Program-made: the position numbers and the translations under genes | Notes under the pieces: generated by a model | What the model was told of the DNA's origin: nothing | Database searches by the model: none | The model's input: only the letters and a program-made list of their open reading frames with translations | Sequence record: SRR22947727_1461 | Direction: 5' to 3' (one strand) | DNA: 64,000 nt | Shown: one piece after another, positions 10,907 to 22,250 of the stretch | Numbering within the stretch: position 1 is the stretch's first letter | Layout of the letters: each line of letters starts with the position of its first letter

Positions 10907-12481
10907 TTAGGTGCTCCGCTTTAGAGCATCGCGGATATCACTCAAATCGAATGCCCGCAAGAGGGCAGCACTCAATGAATAAACTAGTAATCCTATAAAA
11001 CAGACAAGCATTAAAGAAAGTAAATCAGAAATTAAACCACCGTATGAAGCTTGAAGCTCAACAAAAGGTGCTATAACTTGCAATACTAGTGACATACTAA
11101 CACTAGCCATTATTATTCGGGGTAATCTAGTCAATAAACGATGATCAGGGGTGAAGTGTTTATTTTTTATAAGAACTAAAATTAATGCTAGAACATTCAC
11201 CCAACCAGCTATCGAAGTTGCCAATGCTAAACCGTGAAAACCAATATTTATAAAAAGATAGAGGCCAAAAGTAACATTTATAAGAGCCGAAATCGCAGCA
11301 AAAACCATAGGGGTTTTTGTATTTTCTCTAGCAAAAAAAGCAGGGGTTAAAACTTTCAATAGAACAAATGCAGGTAAACCATAAGCAAACATTTCTAACG
11401 CTATAGATACTTGGCTAGTGGTAAAGGCTGTAAATGCACCACGTTCAAATAAAGCGTCTATGAGAAAATACGGGATTGTGGCTAAGGCGAACGCTGCCGG
11501 TATAGTAAAAAAAGCTGCAATTTCAACAGCACGGTTTAATGAAACTTTTGCACCTCTTTCATCGCCCGAACGTAATCTCCTAGTCAAGGAGGGTAATAAT
11601 GCAACCCCCATAGCTATACCAATTATTCCTAGGGGTAACTGATATAAACGATCGGCATATGTTAACCAGGAAGCAGCACCTTTTTCCATAGTTGCTATAG
11701 CGTGACTAACCAATAGGTTAATTTGTGTAATGCCCGCTGATAACAAACCCGGAACGCCTAAAAAAAATAATCGTTTTACGCCTGGTGTTATCCGGGGTCT
11801 TTTAAGACCAATTTTAACACCAGCTTTTCTACATCCCCAAACAACTAAACTCATTTGGACAAACCCAGAAAGAGTTATGGCAATTGTCAAAAAATACCCA
11901 ATTATTTTTTGATTATATCCTGAGAATCCTAATATAAACAATGTACTTATCATAAAAAGGTTCAAAACGATTGGAACAGCCGCAGCCAAAGCAAAATAGT
12001 TACGAGTATTTAAAATGCCAGAATACAAAGCGGTTAAAGACATAAACAATAAGTAAGGCATTGTTATTTGTGCATATACAACAGCTAAGTAATATGGACT
12101 GATGCCACTACTATGATCAACAGCCTTATCAAGTCCAAAACCAATAATAGATAATGACCAAGGCATAGTTAACTCAAAGACTATTACAAGAAAAGCAACA
12201 ACAACTAAAAGCGCAGATACTGACTCTTTTGCAAAAGCATCTGCGGAGTGCTGCCCTTCTTCCTCTAACTTTCTTGCGTATAGGGGTATAAAAGCAGCAT
12301 TAAAAGCACCCTCTGCAAACATTTTCCTAAATACATTTGGCAATTTAAATGCGGTGAAAAAGGCATCCGAAATTACTCCTGCACCTAAAAATTTTGCTAT
12401 AAGCATGTCACGTACTAAACCCAGCAAACGACTTACTAGAGTTAAAGAACCAATTATAGCCGTTGATTTTATTAATCGCAT
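10907..12481 (-). CDS. murJ: Lipid II flippase MurJ (MviN)
   Basis: [32 protein letters not shown]. Confidence 0.97.
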   Translation of the reverse strand: MRLIKSTAIIGSLTLVSRLLGLVRDMLIAKFLGAGVISDAFFTAFKLPNVFRKMFAEGAFNAAFIPLYARKLEEEGQHSADAFAKESVSALLVVVAFLVIVFELTMPWSLSIIGFGLDKAVDHSSGISPYYLAVVYAQITMPYLLFMSLTALYSGILNTRNYFALAAAVPIVLNLFMISTLFILGFSGYNQKIIGYFLTIAITLSGFVQMSLVVWGCRKAGVKIGLKRPRITPGVKRLFFLGVPGLLSAGITQINLLVSHAIATMEKGAASWLTYADRLYQLPLGIIGIAMGVALLPSLTRRLRSGDERGAKVSLNRAVEIAAFFTIPAAFALATIPYFLIDALFERGAFTAFTTSQVSIALEMFAYGLPAFVLLKVLTPAFFARENTKTPMVFAAISALINVTFGLYLFINIGFHGLALATSIAGWVNVLALILVLIKNKHFTPDHRLLTRLPRIIMASVSMSLVLQVIAPFVELQASYGGLISDLLSLMLVCFIGLLVYSLSAALLRAFDLSDIRDALKRST

Positions 12482-12482
12482 T

Positions 12483-15287
12483 TTAAGCTACTTTTTCATT
12501 AATTGTATCACTACTTAAGGCTTTAATTAACATAGAATTTAACTGCTGTTGATGGCAATCCGATATTATATTATCTAAACCACAACTTTTGACATAAAAA
12601 ACATCGATTGCCTTGGTTCCCTCTACTTCAATATGCGCTGATAATACATCAATATATTCATCTCTAAAGATTTCAGCAATATCATACAAAAGACCGGGCC
12701 TATCTTTGGCTGTAACTTCAATAATCATGATATTACTTGAGGCCGTATTGAAAAAATTAACACTTGGTACAATTGGAATAGCACCTGCACGTGTGGACAT
12801 AATCGCTCTGGGTATTTTCATATCCTGAACATTCCCGTTAGCCCCCTTAAATGCTTTCATCCGTAAAACTTCTAATGCGTGATCACTTTGCCTCCCAAAA
12901 GCCTGACCATCAGAATTTTGAAGGTAAAAGACGTTCATTACCCTATCATTTTTTCCCGTATGCAGCCTAGCCCCTATAATTGAAGCCCCAGAAGCTGAAA
13001 TTGAACGAGTTATATCTGCAAATAATTTTGAGCGATCTTTTGTCATAATCCACAACTCAGTTATGTCACGAGCACTGTCGCGTCTAGTTTGCACAAATGT
13101 GTACTCATTGCTATCTAGATTTTGGTCAAAAAACCTCGCATGACGTATCAAATCTGTCATATCAAAATTAAGCCAATAACTAACATCCAGATCATTAATT
13201 ATGGGTGCTATTCGTTTTGCCATCCCAGAAGAGAGCTTGTCATTTAACATTTCTTTTGCAGCAGCAGCGCGTGAAACAGGGGCTAATTCCTCTCTGCCTT
13301 TGAGATACATCTCCGTTGAATAATATAGGCTTTGCAATAAAGCTCCTTTCCAATCGTTCCATATTCCTGGGCCAACAGCCCTGATATCTACTGTTGTAAG
13401 TACGGTTATCATATCAAGTCTCTCTTGCGATCCAACTAGCTCAGCAAACTCTTTAATAGTATCTGTATCAGAGATATCTCTTCTCTGTGCCGTTTCGCTC
13501 ATATCTAAATGCCTGCGAATTAGCCAAGCAACTGTATCTGTGGTGTCTTGCCCAACACCCAGCCGACGGCAAGCCCTGCGTCCTAACTGCGCCCCTTCGA
13601 TGCACTGATCCCCCTGCCCTTTTCCGGTATCATGAAGCAGACAGGCTAAATATAATATTGTGATTTGCTCTTTTGTAAAATTTTTTACTATTTTTGTAGA
13701 GACTGGGTGCTCTTTTTCCATTTTACCCATCAAAATATTATCAAAGTTTTCTATTAAACGAAGTGTATGTTCATCTACTGTATAGGCATGGTGCATATTA
13801 AATTGTGTTCGCGCAACAATCCCTCCAAACTCAATTAAATATCGACCAAGTACACCTGCCTCATTCATAGCTTTTAAAGTTGAATAAGGTGATTTTGCAG
13901 AAGACAGAATTTTCATGAAAATTTTAGAATTTATTGGGTCACGACGAAACTCACCATCTATTAAATTTCGACGAAAATCTATAGCGCTAAATGCATCTGG
14001 ATGTATGTCTAAGTTTCGACGCCCAGCAGTTTCGAACAACTGCAGTATCATAGATGGATTTTTTTTAATTTTTAAAGGATCAGAAAACATCAAGCGACCA
14101 TGATCTAATACAAAATCAGTATTTTTAATATTTCTTCTTGAATTAGGTAAAAATACATCCAATCCTTTAGGAAGTAATATCGACTTTTGTGCTTCCAATT
14201 TAGCACAGGCAATCCGAGTTAATGCCCCCACTTCTCTAGCATTTATAAAATATTCTTTCATAAACTTTTCAACTGCAATTTCTACAGGTCCTGAGGCATA
14301 GCCCATTTTTCTAGCTAATACAGTTTGCTTATCAAAACTTAGACTTTCATTCGGACGGCCAGAAATATAATGTAGCCAAATGCGAGCTCTCCACAAAAAG
14401 TCAGCCGCACGCACAAACCTAGTTGCAGAAGCTTTCTCAAACAAGCCTAAGTCAACATAGCTTTGAGGGTTTTGGGCATCATTAACTTTGTCATCTCTAT
14501 CCAAAAACCGTGCAATCCAATATAATGAATGTAAATCACGCAAACCACCCTTACCCTCCTTAACGTTGGGCTCAATCATATACCTTGAGTTGCCTGCTTT
14601 CTCATGCCGCGCATCACGCTCCGCTAATTTTGTAGCAATGTATGTACGACCCTTTCCTCTTGCGACAGATTTCCTAAATTTTCTTGTTAGCTCTAATGCG
14701 AGTTCTTTTTCACCGCAAAGATAGCGTAAATCAAGAAGTGCGGTTAAAATTGTTTGATCCTCTCTGGCTAACTTTATTGACTCACTTGAGGTTCGAGTTG
14801 AATAACCAACCTTGATACCGAGGTCCCAAAGCATATAAAGCATATATTCTGTGATTGTGTTTGCACTCAATAAATCTTTTTGATTTGCCGTTAAAAAAAG
14901 AAGGTCCACATCGGATTCAGGCGCCATTTCACCACGACCATATCCACCAACTGCACAGAGTGTAATGCTTAAAATATTACCAGATTCTGATGTTTCTGCT
15001 ATTTCTTTCATAGTATAATCAAAGAGAGTTTTTATTATATCATCGTGAATTTGAGAAATAAGCTTAGCAGTCTCAAGACCGCTTAATAACCCAGACTGAA
15101 ATCTATTCTTTACAGAATTTTTAGCCTCATCAAGTGTCGATTTAAAGATAGCTAAAATTTTATCTCTCTTGTGTTGACTTCCTGATGAACAAACAAACAA
15201 CTTTTCATATAAAATAGATAAGTCTATACCACTTTTAAGAATATTTTTTTGAGGTCTCATTGATATATTTTCTTTAGCTTCAATCAT
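12483..15287 (-). CDS. glnD: [Protein-PII] uridylyltransferase GlnD
   Basis: AVGGYGRGE..P.SDVD, EPNVKEGKGGLRD, HD domain, two ACT domains. Confidence 0.97.
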   Translation of the reverse strand: MIEAKENISMRPQKNILKSGIDLSILYEKLFVCSSGSQHKRDKILAIFKSTLDEAKNSVKNRFQSGLLSGLETAKLISQIHDDIIKTLFDYTMKEIAETSESGNILSITLCAVGGYGRGEMAPESDVDLLFLTANQKDLLSANTITEYMLYMLWDLGIKVGYSTRTSSESIKLAREDQTILTALLDLRYLCGEKELALELTRKFRKSVARGKGRTYIATKLAERDARHEKAGNSRYMIEPNVKEGKGGLRDLHSLYWIARFLDRDDKVNDAQNPQSYVDLGLFEKASATRFVRAADFLWRARIWLHYISGRPNESLSFDKQTVLARKMGYASGPVEIAVEKFMKEYFINAREVGALTRIACAKLEAQKSILLPKGLDVFLPNSRRNIKNTDFVLDHGRLMFSDPLKIKKNPSMILQLFETAGRRNLDIHPDAFSAIDFRRNLIDGEFRRDPINSKIFMKILSSAKSPYSTLKAMNEAGVLGRYLIEFGGIVARTQFNMHHAYTVDEHTLRLIENFDNILMGKMEKEHPVSTKIVKNFTKEQITILYLACLLHDTGKGQGDQCIEGAQLGRRACRRLGVGQDTTDTVAWLIRRHLDMSETAQRRDISDTDTIKEFAELVGSQERLDMITVLTTVDIRAVGPGIWNDWKGALLQSLYYSTEMYLKGREELAPVSRAAAAKEMLNDKLSSGMAKRIAPIINDLDVSYWLNFDMTDLIRHARFFDQNLDSNEYTFVQTRRDSARDITELWIMTKDRSKLFADITRSISASGASIIGARLHTGKNDRVMNVFYLQNSDGQAFGRQSDHALEVLRMKAFKGANGNVQDMKIPRAIMSTRAGAIPIVPSVNFFNTASSNIMIIEVTAKDRPGLLYDIAEIFRDEYIDVLSAHIEVEGTKAIDVFYVKSCGLDNIISDCHQQQLNSMLIKALSSDTINEKVA

Positions 15288-15289
15288 AG

Positions 15290-17974
15290 TTATAATTTCA
15301 TTTTCAGCTCATATAAAAAATCTAATGCGGCTCGGGGTGAAAGTTCATCCATATCTAGATTCTTTATAACCTCCAAAAACTCTATGTTTTTTTTATTTTG
15401 TGAAGAAACTTCAACTTCAAAAAGAGGTAAATCTTCAATTATGTGGCTTTTATTTTGATTATTAGACTCCAACAAAGATAAAACATTTTGTGCACGCTTT
15501 AAAGCAGCTGGGGGTAATCCAGCAAGCTTTGCTACTTGAATTCCATAAGATTTATCAGCCGCACCAGATACTAAGTCATGTAAAAATATAAGATCCCCAT
15601 CCCACTCCTCAGCCTTGAGGCTTACATTTTGTGCACCATCAATACTCTCAACCATTTTAGTTAGCTCATGATAATGTGTAGCAAATAAAGTTCTAGAGTT
15701 GTTAACTCCATATAAGTGTTCTGCCACAGACCATGCAATTGCTAGTCCATCAAAGGTTGATGTCCCTCTACCTATTTCATCAAGAATCACAAAAGAGCGA
15801 CTAGTTGCTAAATTTAAAATAGCAGCAGTCTCTAACATTTCTACCATGAATGTTGACTGTCCTTTAGATAAGTCATCAGATGCCCCTACACGAGAAAACA
15901 ATCTGTCAGCGATGCCAATATGAGCGGAAGTTGCTGGTACATAAAATCCAGATTGCGCTAAAATAAATATTAATGCATTTTGTCTTAGATAAGTTGATTT
16001 TCCAGCCATGTTTGGACCAGTTATGAGTGTTAATCTAGGGCCTGACTTTGTATCTACATCTAATTGACAATCATTTGGGGTAAAATTTGAATCCGGTAAC
16101 TTTAAAAGAGATTCTTCGACAACAGGGTGACGTCCTCCTTTTACAGAAAAAACTCTGCTATCATCCACTAAAGGCCTAACCGCGCCTGTATCTATAGACC
16201 AAACTGAAGATGCAGACAGCACATCTAATGTAGCGAGAGCTGAGGCTACCTCTCTTATCTCTTCTGTCAAAAAGATGGAACGTGCTACAAACTGTTGAAA
16301 TATATCAACTTCAAGGGCCAATGCCCTGTCCCGCGCGGTTGTAATTTTAGAATCTAAATCTACGAGGTCTGTTGTAGTGTATCTTACAGAACCTCCGAGT
16401 GTTTGACGGTGAATAAATATTTCTTTTAGATTATCATTGTTCATTTTATCTGAATATTTAGGAGTAATCTCTATAAAGTAACCAAGGATATTATTATGTT
16501 TAATCTTAAGAGTGGGTATTGATGAAATCTTTATGTATTCCCCTTGCAAATTTGCTATATGATTACGACTATCGCTTCTCAGCACTTTCAATTCATCAAG
16601 TTCATCTGACCACCCAGTAGCAATAAATCCACCTTGTCGTGAATTTAAAGGTGCGTCAGGTAAAAAGGCTTTAGAAGACTCTGTTGCAAACTTAAAAAGT
16701 TCTGCGGTATTTGATATTTTTAACTTTTCAACAGATTTAAATATATTATCAAATTTTTTTAGATCTATTATATCATGGAATAAATCTTCAATTTTTTGAC
16801 ACAAAATCAAGCCTTGGCTCAATGTCAAAATATCCCGGGGGCTACCGCGCCCCAAAGCAAGTCGACTAACAGAGCGAGCCATGTCCCCAATTTTTTTTAA
16901 TTCTGTTCGTAACTTTAATAATAGCTTATCCTCTTCAACAAAAAAGCCTACTGAGTCTAAACGTTTATTAATCTCACCAGAATCTATCAAAGGTGAATTC
17001 AATCTTTGTCTTAATAACCGTGCCCCAGCACCAGTTACGGTTTTATCAATAACTGATAGTAATGAACCATTTTTGTTACCTCTTTGATTTCTATCTATCT
17101 CTAGGCTTGCGCGCGTAGCCGGATCTATAATTAAATAATTACTTGTTGAGTTGTGTTTTAAATTAGAAAGTTGGGCTTTCTTTCCCGCTTGAGTCAATTC
17201 AAGGTAATTTAACAATGCACCTGCAGCTGAAATTTCTGCCTTAGTAAATGCGCCAAACCCTTGAAGACTTTTCACATTAAAACACTTCTTCAATTGGGCC
17301 TCAGCAGAACGATAATTAAATTTAATGGCTGGTTGAGGGGTTAAGAAAGTATCACTTAAATGCAGAGACTTTAAAAATTCAGAGTCTTGATAGAGTAACT
17401 CTGGAATAATAACTTCACTTGGAGACAAAGCTGCGAGCTTGCCAGCCAAACCCGCAAAATCAACCTCAGAAACATAAAATGAGCCATCAGAAATATCAGC
17501 CCAGGCAATTGCATAATGACCCAACAAGGATTTATATAAAGCTAGAATAAAGTTTTGGCCTCTAGCATCTAATAATGTATCTTCAGTTAATGTTCCGGGC
17601 GTAACCACACGGACAATTTTTCTATTAACGATGGCTTTATAGCCTCGTTTTTTTGCATCGGCTGGTGTTTCTGTTTGTTCACAAACAGCGACTTTAAAAC
17701 CTTTTTTAATCAAACGATGTAAATAAGTTTCTGATGCGTGCACAGGAACACCACACATTGGTATATCAGAACCGTTGTGCTTTCCACGTTTTGTAAGGGC
17801 TATATCTAATGCTTCCGCCGCCTTAATTGCATCATCGAAAAACAATTCATAAAAATCACCCATTCTAAAGAATAATAAAACATCGGGTCCAGCCTTAGCT
17901 TTAATGCCTAGAAACTGCTTCATCATAGGGGTAACCTTATGAGCCTTTATATCTTTATCAGCCTGAATATTCAT
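15290..17974 (-). CDS. mutS: DNA mismatch repair protein MutS
   Basis: TPMM.Q, FRMGDFYELF, TGPNMAGKST, DEIGRGT, FATHYHEL. Confidence 0.98.
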   Translation of the reverse strand: MNIQADKDIKAHKVTPMMKQFLGIKAKAGPDVLLFFRMGDFYELFFDDAIKAAEALDIALTKRGKHNGSDIPMCGVPVHASETYLHRLIKKGFKVAVCEQTETPADAKKRGYKAIVNRKIVRVVTPGTLTEDTLLDARGQNFILALYKSLLGHYAIAWADISDGSFYVSEVDFAGLAGKLAALSPSEVIIPELLYQDSEFLKSLHLSDTFLTPQPAIKFNYRSAEAQLKKCFNVKSLQGFGAFTKAEISAAGALLNYLELTQAGKKAQLSNLKHNSTSNYLIIDPATRASLEIDRNQRGNKNGSLLSVIDKTVTGAGARLLRQRLNSPLIDSGEINKRLDSVGFFVEEDKLLLKLRTELKKIGDMARSVSRLALGRGSPRDILTLSQGLILCQKIEDLFHDIIDLKKFDNIFKSVEKLKISNTAELFKFATESSKAFLPDAPLNSRQGGFIATGWSDELDELKVLRSDSRNHIANLQGEYIKISSIPTLKIKHNNILGYFIEITPKYSDKMNNDNLKEIFIHRQTLGGSVRYTTTDLVDLDSKITTARDRALALEVDIFQQFVARSIFLTEEIREVASALATLDVLSASSVWSIDTGAVRPLVDDSRVFSVKGGRHPVVEESLLKLPDSNFTPNDCQLDVDTKSGPRLTLITGPNMAGKSTYLRQNALIFILAQSGFYVPATSAHIGIADRLFSRVGASDDLSKGQSTFMVEMLETAAILNLATSRSFVILDEIGRGTSTFDGLAIAWSVAEHLYGVNNSRTLFATHYHELTKMVESIDGAQNVSLKAEEWDGDLIFLHDLVSGAADKSYGIQVAKLAGLPPAALKRAQNVLSLLESNNQNKSHIIEDLPLFEVEVSSQNKKNIEFLEVIKNLDMDELSPRAALDFLYELKMKL

Positions 17975-18013
17975 ATATTAATAAATTGAAGAAAATATTC
18001 GTTTTGCGCAAGC

Positions 18014-19600
18014 CTAAAGGCATGATTTGGCCACAGCATTTTCATTTATGCTGTCAGTAAATCCATTTAACCAATCGTAAAGTACAAATATTAATGCAGG
18101 AATACCTAAAACCGAGGTTAAAACAAAAAACCACATGTAATCAACCTTGTCAGCCAGTACTCCAGAAAAAGCAGCCAAGCTTTTACCGTAAAGTGCAAAA
18201 AGAGAAGAAAACAATGCATATTGTGATGCAGAATATTTTTTATTAACAAGAATAGACATAAAGGCTATAAATACGGAACCTGAAAAGCCTGCCGCTAGAT
18301 TATCAGCCCCAATTGTGGAAAAAAGGTAAACCGTTTTTGGTGTTGAAATTGTTGCCAGCCATGCAAAACTTAAATTGGTAAAGATCGTGATAAAGGCTCC
18401 AAATACCATTGTTTTACTCATACCAAATTTTGCTACTGACCAACTCCCAGCAAAAGCGCCAAAAATCAGCATAGAAATACCAAAAACGCCTTTAACTGCT
18501 CCTATTATAGTTTTGGAATATCCAAGATCTATATACAGTGGCATTGCCATAACACCCATAGTTGTATCACTAATTCTGTAAGAGGCTACTATAGCAAAAA
18601 CTAAAAGGGCCATCCATCCTGTGCGTTTTACTAAATCTGCTAGGTCTCCTATTATTGGAACTTTATATATTTCATCTCTATTTAAATAACTTCGGCCAAA
18701 TGTGAGAAAAAATATTGTTCCTCCAAATGGTAAAAGTGAAACAAAAAATAAAACAAAAAAACCAATACTTTTTACAACGCCTGAGGGTAAATTAGAAAAA
18801 ACATCCTGATATATATTATATGAAAAGCGGCCAACATATCTGAAGTATCCACCTTCTTTTATACCCAAATAAAGTATTACTGCCAATATTAACAAAGTAA
18901 TCAAACCTCTAAATAAGCAGTTAAAAGCTTTTATCTTATTTTCTCTAATACTTTTACTTTCTTTGTGAGGCTCAGCCGCCCATAGGGGTGTAGAACTACC
19001 TAAAAAAGCTAAAAACGCTAAACCAATATAAGTTAGTTTATAGCCACCAATATCGGCAAGAAATAACCCTCCAGAAATAGCTGAAACCATACCGAAGCGA
19101 TAGCCTAACTGATAAACTGCTGACATTGCAGCTTGCTCTTCATTTTTAGAGATATCTACCCGCCAAGCATCTACACAAATATCTAGAGTTGCAGATGTAA
19201 ATGCTATTAAAACTGCACAAAATGCAACACTCACCAGGTCCTTTGAAGGATCCTGAAAGGACATAGATAGGATGGCTAGGGTCGTTCCCAGTGCCGAAAA
19301 TAATATCCAAGCCCTCCTATTGCCAAGCAATTTAGAAAAGCCTGGGATTTTTAAGCGGTCTACTAAAGGAGCCCATATAAACTTCAAAGAATATGCAAAA
19401 CCGACAACTACAAAAAAACCAATCGTCGACCTACTGGCACCTGATTCTCGCAACCATGCTGACAAAACGGTATAGACTAGTAAGATAGGCAGACCCGCAC
19501 TAAAACCAAGACCTAGCATAGCAGCCATTTTGCGACTTGCGAAAACTTTTGAAATTAAAAGCGATTCATCAATATATTTTAGAGCCCTACTAGAAATCAT
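18014..19600 (-). CDS. ampG: AmpG-family muropeptide MFS permease
   Basis: LGFSAGLP, KFIWAPLVD, RRAWI, SATLDICVDAWR, QYALFSS; extra central TM insertion. Confidence 0.88.
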   Translation of the reverse strand: MISSRALKYIDESLLISKVFASRKMAAMLGLGFSAGLPILLVYTVLSAWLRESGASRSTIGFFVVVGFAYSLKFIWAPLVDRLKIPGFSKLLGNRRAWILFSALGTTLAILSMSFQDPSKDLVSVAFCAVLIAFTSATLDICVDAWRVDISKNEEQAAMSAVYQLGYRFGMVSAISGGLFLADIGGYKLTYIGLAFLAFLGSSTPLWAAEPHKESKSIRENKIKAFNCLFRGLITLLILAVILYLGIKEGGYFRYVGRFSYNIYQDVFSNLPSGVVKSIGFFVLFFVSLLPFGGTIFFLTFGRSYLNRDEIYKVPIIGDLADLVKRTGWMALLVFAIVASYRISDTTMGVMAMPLYIDLGYSKTIIGAVKGVFGISMLIFGAFAGSWSVAKFGMSKTMVFGAFITIFTNLSFAWLATISTPKTVYLFSTIGADNLAAGFSGSVFIAFMSILVNKKYSASQYALFSSLFALYGKSLAAFSGVLADKVDYMWFFVLTSVLGIPALIFVLYDWLNGFTDSINENAVAKSCL

Positions 19601-19703
19601 AAATGTGGGTTTTCATAGATTTTTGCCTACTCATAAATATGCTATATATTATATTCAATTAAGTTTAGCCTATTAATTTTTAAATATCTTCAATTTTAAA
19701 TAT

Positions 19704-20309
19704 TTAATTCACCAAACCAATACAACGGATAGATTTGAATGCATTTAAATTTCGGTTTGTAATAGGAAAATTTAATGGGTAGGAAATATTTTTTAGCGGA
19801 TCCCGCATATAATAAACATGTTTATCTCTTCCAAGGACCATGGCCCAATGCGATCTTCCATTTGGTAAATTATCAAACTGCACCAAGGGGTAACTACCGT
19901 TTACAATACACTTATCTATTATCTGTTTTGATACTGTATTATAAACAGTTGCTTTTGCTTTTCCTTTTGTAACACGGCGTATGCCGTCCCAAATTAACCA
20001 ACCTTCTGACGTAAAACCATCGTAAAGATTGAGCGCACTATTAAGTTCAGATGGGTTCATTTGAAAACCTAAATTTGTTAGTGCCATGGCTGATGCAGTT
20101 AACAGGCAACCATCACTCGCAATTGTATCTGAAGTTTTACCCAGCCGTTGAGAACCCCACCTTCTATCTTTCTGTATAAATTTAGCTCGGTCCGGGAGAT
20201 ATAAATTACTCTTTTGGTTGTTACTGTAGTTTACAGAAGCTGGCGTTACTGGTGATGCGCAACTTAACAAAAAAATAGGCAAGCAAAGTATAATAAGATA
20301 ATTTTTCAT
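19704..20309 (-). CDS. Putative lipoprotein with papain-like (peptidase C39-like) fold
   Basis: Lipobox LLSC; Q (FIQKD), C (DGCLLTASAM), H (SHWAMV), D (MRDP) arrangement. Confidence 0.65.
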   Translation of the reverse strand: MKNYLIILCLPIFLLSCASPVTPASVNYSNNQKSNLYLPDRAKFIQKDRRWGSQRLGKTSDTIASDGCLLTASAMALTNLGFQMNPSELNSALNLYDGFTSEGWLIWDGIRRVTKGKAKATVYNTVSKQIIDKCIVNGSYPLVQFDNLPNGRSHWAMVLGRDKHVYYMRDPLKNISYPLNFPITNRNLNAFKSIRCIGLVN

Positions 20310-20426
20310 GATTAAAAACTAATGTTCAAACGTTAATATAGAGTTTTCGAAACCCAATATATACCATTATATTATATAAAATACTTGTCCAAAACATAAC
20401 TGATCCTTAAAAGATAACTACTGTGA

Positions 20427-22211
20427 GTGCATATGCCAAAAATTAATCTTTTAATATTTAAGTCATTGGCTATCTTTTCGTTATCCTTTTCAACTTCATT
20501 TACAGCTGTTCCTCAAAATAGCTTATTAACTGCAGATAGCTTTGAATCTTTAATATATGACTTTGAAAAGTATGAAATAAATATCAATCCTATAAAAAGT
20601 GGACAATTAGGAAATAGACCAGCTCTACGAATGCTCCCAAACGTAAGCATAGAGGCTCAGAAAGACAATGAAGCTTTAATAGAAAGTTTTATTCAGAGAC
20701 ATCTAGCTCTCTCCAAAGAACAAATGGATGAAAATATTAAACTGAGTTACGAATTATTAGGCTTTGAACTAAATCAAAGAAAACGCTTATTTCCATATGA
20801 TACTATGAGGATACCATTCACAAATGATAGCGGTTTTTTCAATGAAATGAGTTATATATCACGTCAAACAAAATTTGAAGTAATTGATGATTATGACGCA
20901 TATGCCTCTAGACTATCAAAGCTTCCAAAGTATTTCGAAGAACATAAAAAAAATATGCGCAGAGGGATTAATACACAATTTACTGCTTCAGTAGAAATTA
21001 TGCCTGGCATTATAAAAGTTATAGATCAACTTAGTAAAGGCGATCCTAAAGAGCACCCTTTCTATATACCGTTCAAAAATTACCCCCATAATTTTAACCA
21101 TGAAGAAAAAAATCGATTAGATATACTGGGTGAAACAACAGTAATTAATTCTGTTTTACCCGCATATAAAGACCTTAAAGAGTTTATTGAAAGTGAATAC
21201 CTACCAAAAACAAGATTAAATATTGGTATTGGGACAAACAATAATAATAGGGAATATTACAAAGCTCTCATTAAAAATTTCACAACATTAGAAATAACAC
21301 CAGACGAAGTCCATAATATTGGAGTTCATGAAGTACAGAGAATTAGATCAGAAATGGATGCGGTTATTCGTACAACTAATTTTAAAGGTACATTTAGTGA
21401 TTTTTTGAAATTCTTGAGGACAAGCCCTCAATTTTATGCCTCCACTAAAAAACAATTACTCAAAGAGGCCTCTTATCTCGCTAAAAAGATAGATGGAAGA
21501 ATGCCTGAGTTTTTTCAAACATTGCCACGTTTACCATATGGAATAATTCCAGTACCGAAAGAAATTCAAGAGAACTACACAACTGGCCGTTATTGGGGAG
21601 GGAGCCCTGAACTTAACAAAGCAGGAAATTATGTAGTTAATACTTACGACTTAAAACAAAGACCCCTTTACAACCTGCCGGCACTCACAGCTCATGAAGG
21701 GGTTCCGGGTCATCACCATCAAATTGCACTTAGCCAAGAAATAAAAAATGTTCCTTCCTTCCGAAAAGATATCCACGTTAGCGCTTATGTAGAGGGTTGG
21801 GGGTTATATGCTGAAAAATTAGCTGGTGAAATGGGAATTTATGAAACTGCATATGATAAATTTGGGCAGCTCACCTATGAAATGTGGAGAGCCTGCAGAC
21901 TTTTAGTTGATACTGGAATCCATTGGAAAGGTTGGAATCGTGAAAAAGCAGAAGAATGTTTTTTTAATAATACGGCGCTGGCTCCCTACAACATAAAAAC
22001 AGAAGTTGACAGATACATAAGCTGGCCAGGACAAGCAGTATCTTACAAAATAGGTGAACTTAAAATACTAGAATTGAGAAAATTTTCTGAAAGCCAGCTT
22101 GGCCATAAATTTAATATTAGAGAATTTCATGACCAAGTTTTAATCAATGGTAGTCTTCCGTTAAATATCCTCGAACGAAAAATAAAAGAGTGGGTCAAAA
22201 ATAAGCTTTAG
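20427..22211 (+). CDS. DUF885-family secreted protein (putative metallopeptidase)
   Basis: Signal peptide; HEGVPGHHHQ, EGWGLYAE, RACRL.VDTGIH, EVDRY..WPGQA..YKIG; start probably ATG at 20433. Confidence 0.9.
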   Translation: MHMPKINLLIFKSLAIFSLSFSTSFTAVPQNSLLTADSFESLIYDFEKYEININPIKSGQLGNRPALRMLPNVSIEAQKDNEALIESFIQRHLALSKEQMDENIKLSYELLGFELNQRKRLFPYDTMRIPFTNDSGFFNEMSYISRQTKFEVIDDYDAYASRLSKLPKYFEEHKKNMRRGINTQFTASVEIMPGIIKVIDQLSKGDPKEHPFYIPFKNYPHNFNHEEKNRLDILGETTVINSVLPAYKDLKEFIESEYLPKTRLNIGIGTNNNNREYYKALIKNFTTLEITPDEVHNIGVHEVQRIRSEMDAVIRTTNFKGTFSDFLKFLRTSPQFYASTKKQLLKEASYLAKKIDGRMPEFFQTLPRLPYGIIPVPKEIQENYTTGRYWGGSPELNKAGNYVVNTYDLKQRPLYNLPALTAHEGVPGHHHQIALSQEIKNVPSFRKDIHVSAYVEGWGLYAEKLAGEMGIYETAYDKFGQLTYEMWRACRLLVDTGIHWKGWNREKAEECFFNNTALAPYNIKTEVDRYISWPGQAVSYKIGELKILELRKFSESQLGHKFNIREFHDQVLINGSLPLNILERKIKEWVKNKL

Positions 22212-22250
22212 TCTTGTTATGAATATAATTAATAGGTTTGTATCAAATTT

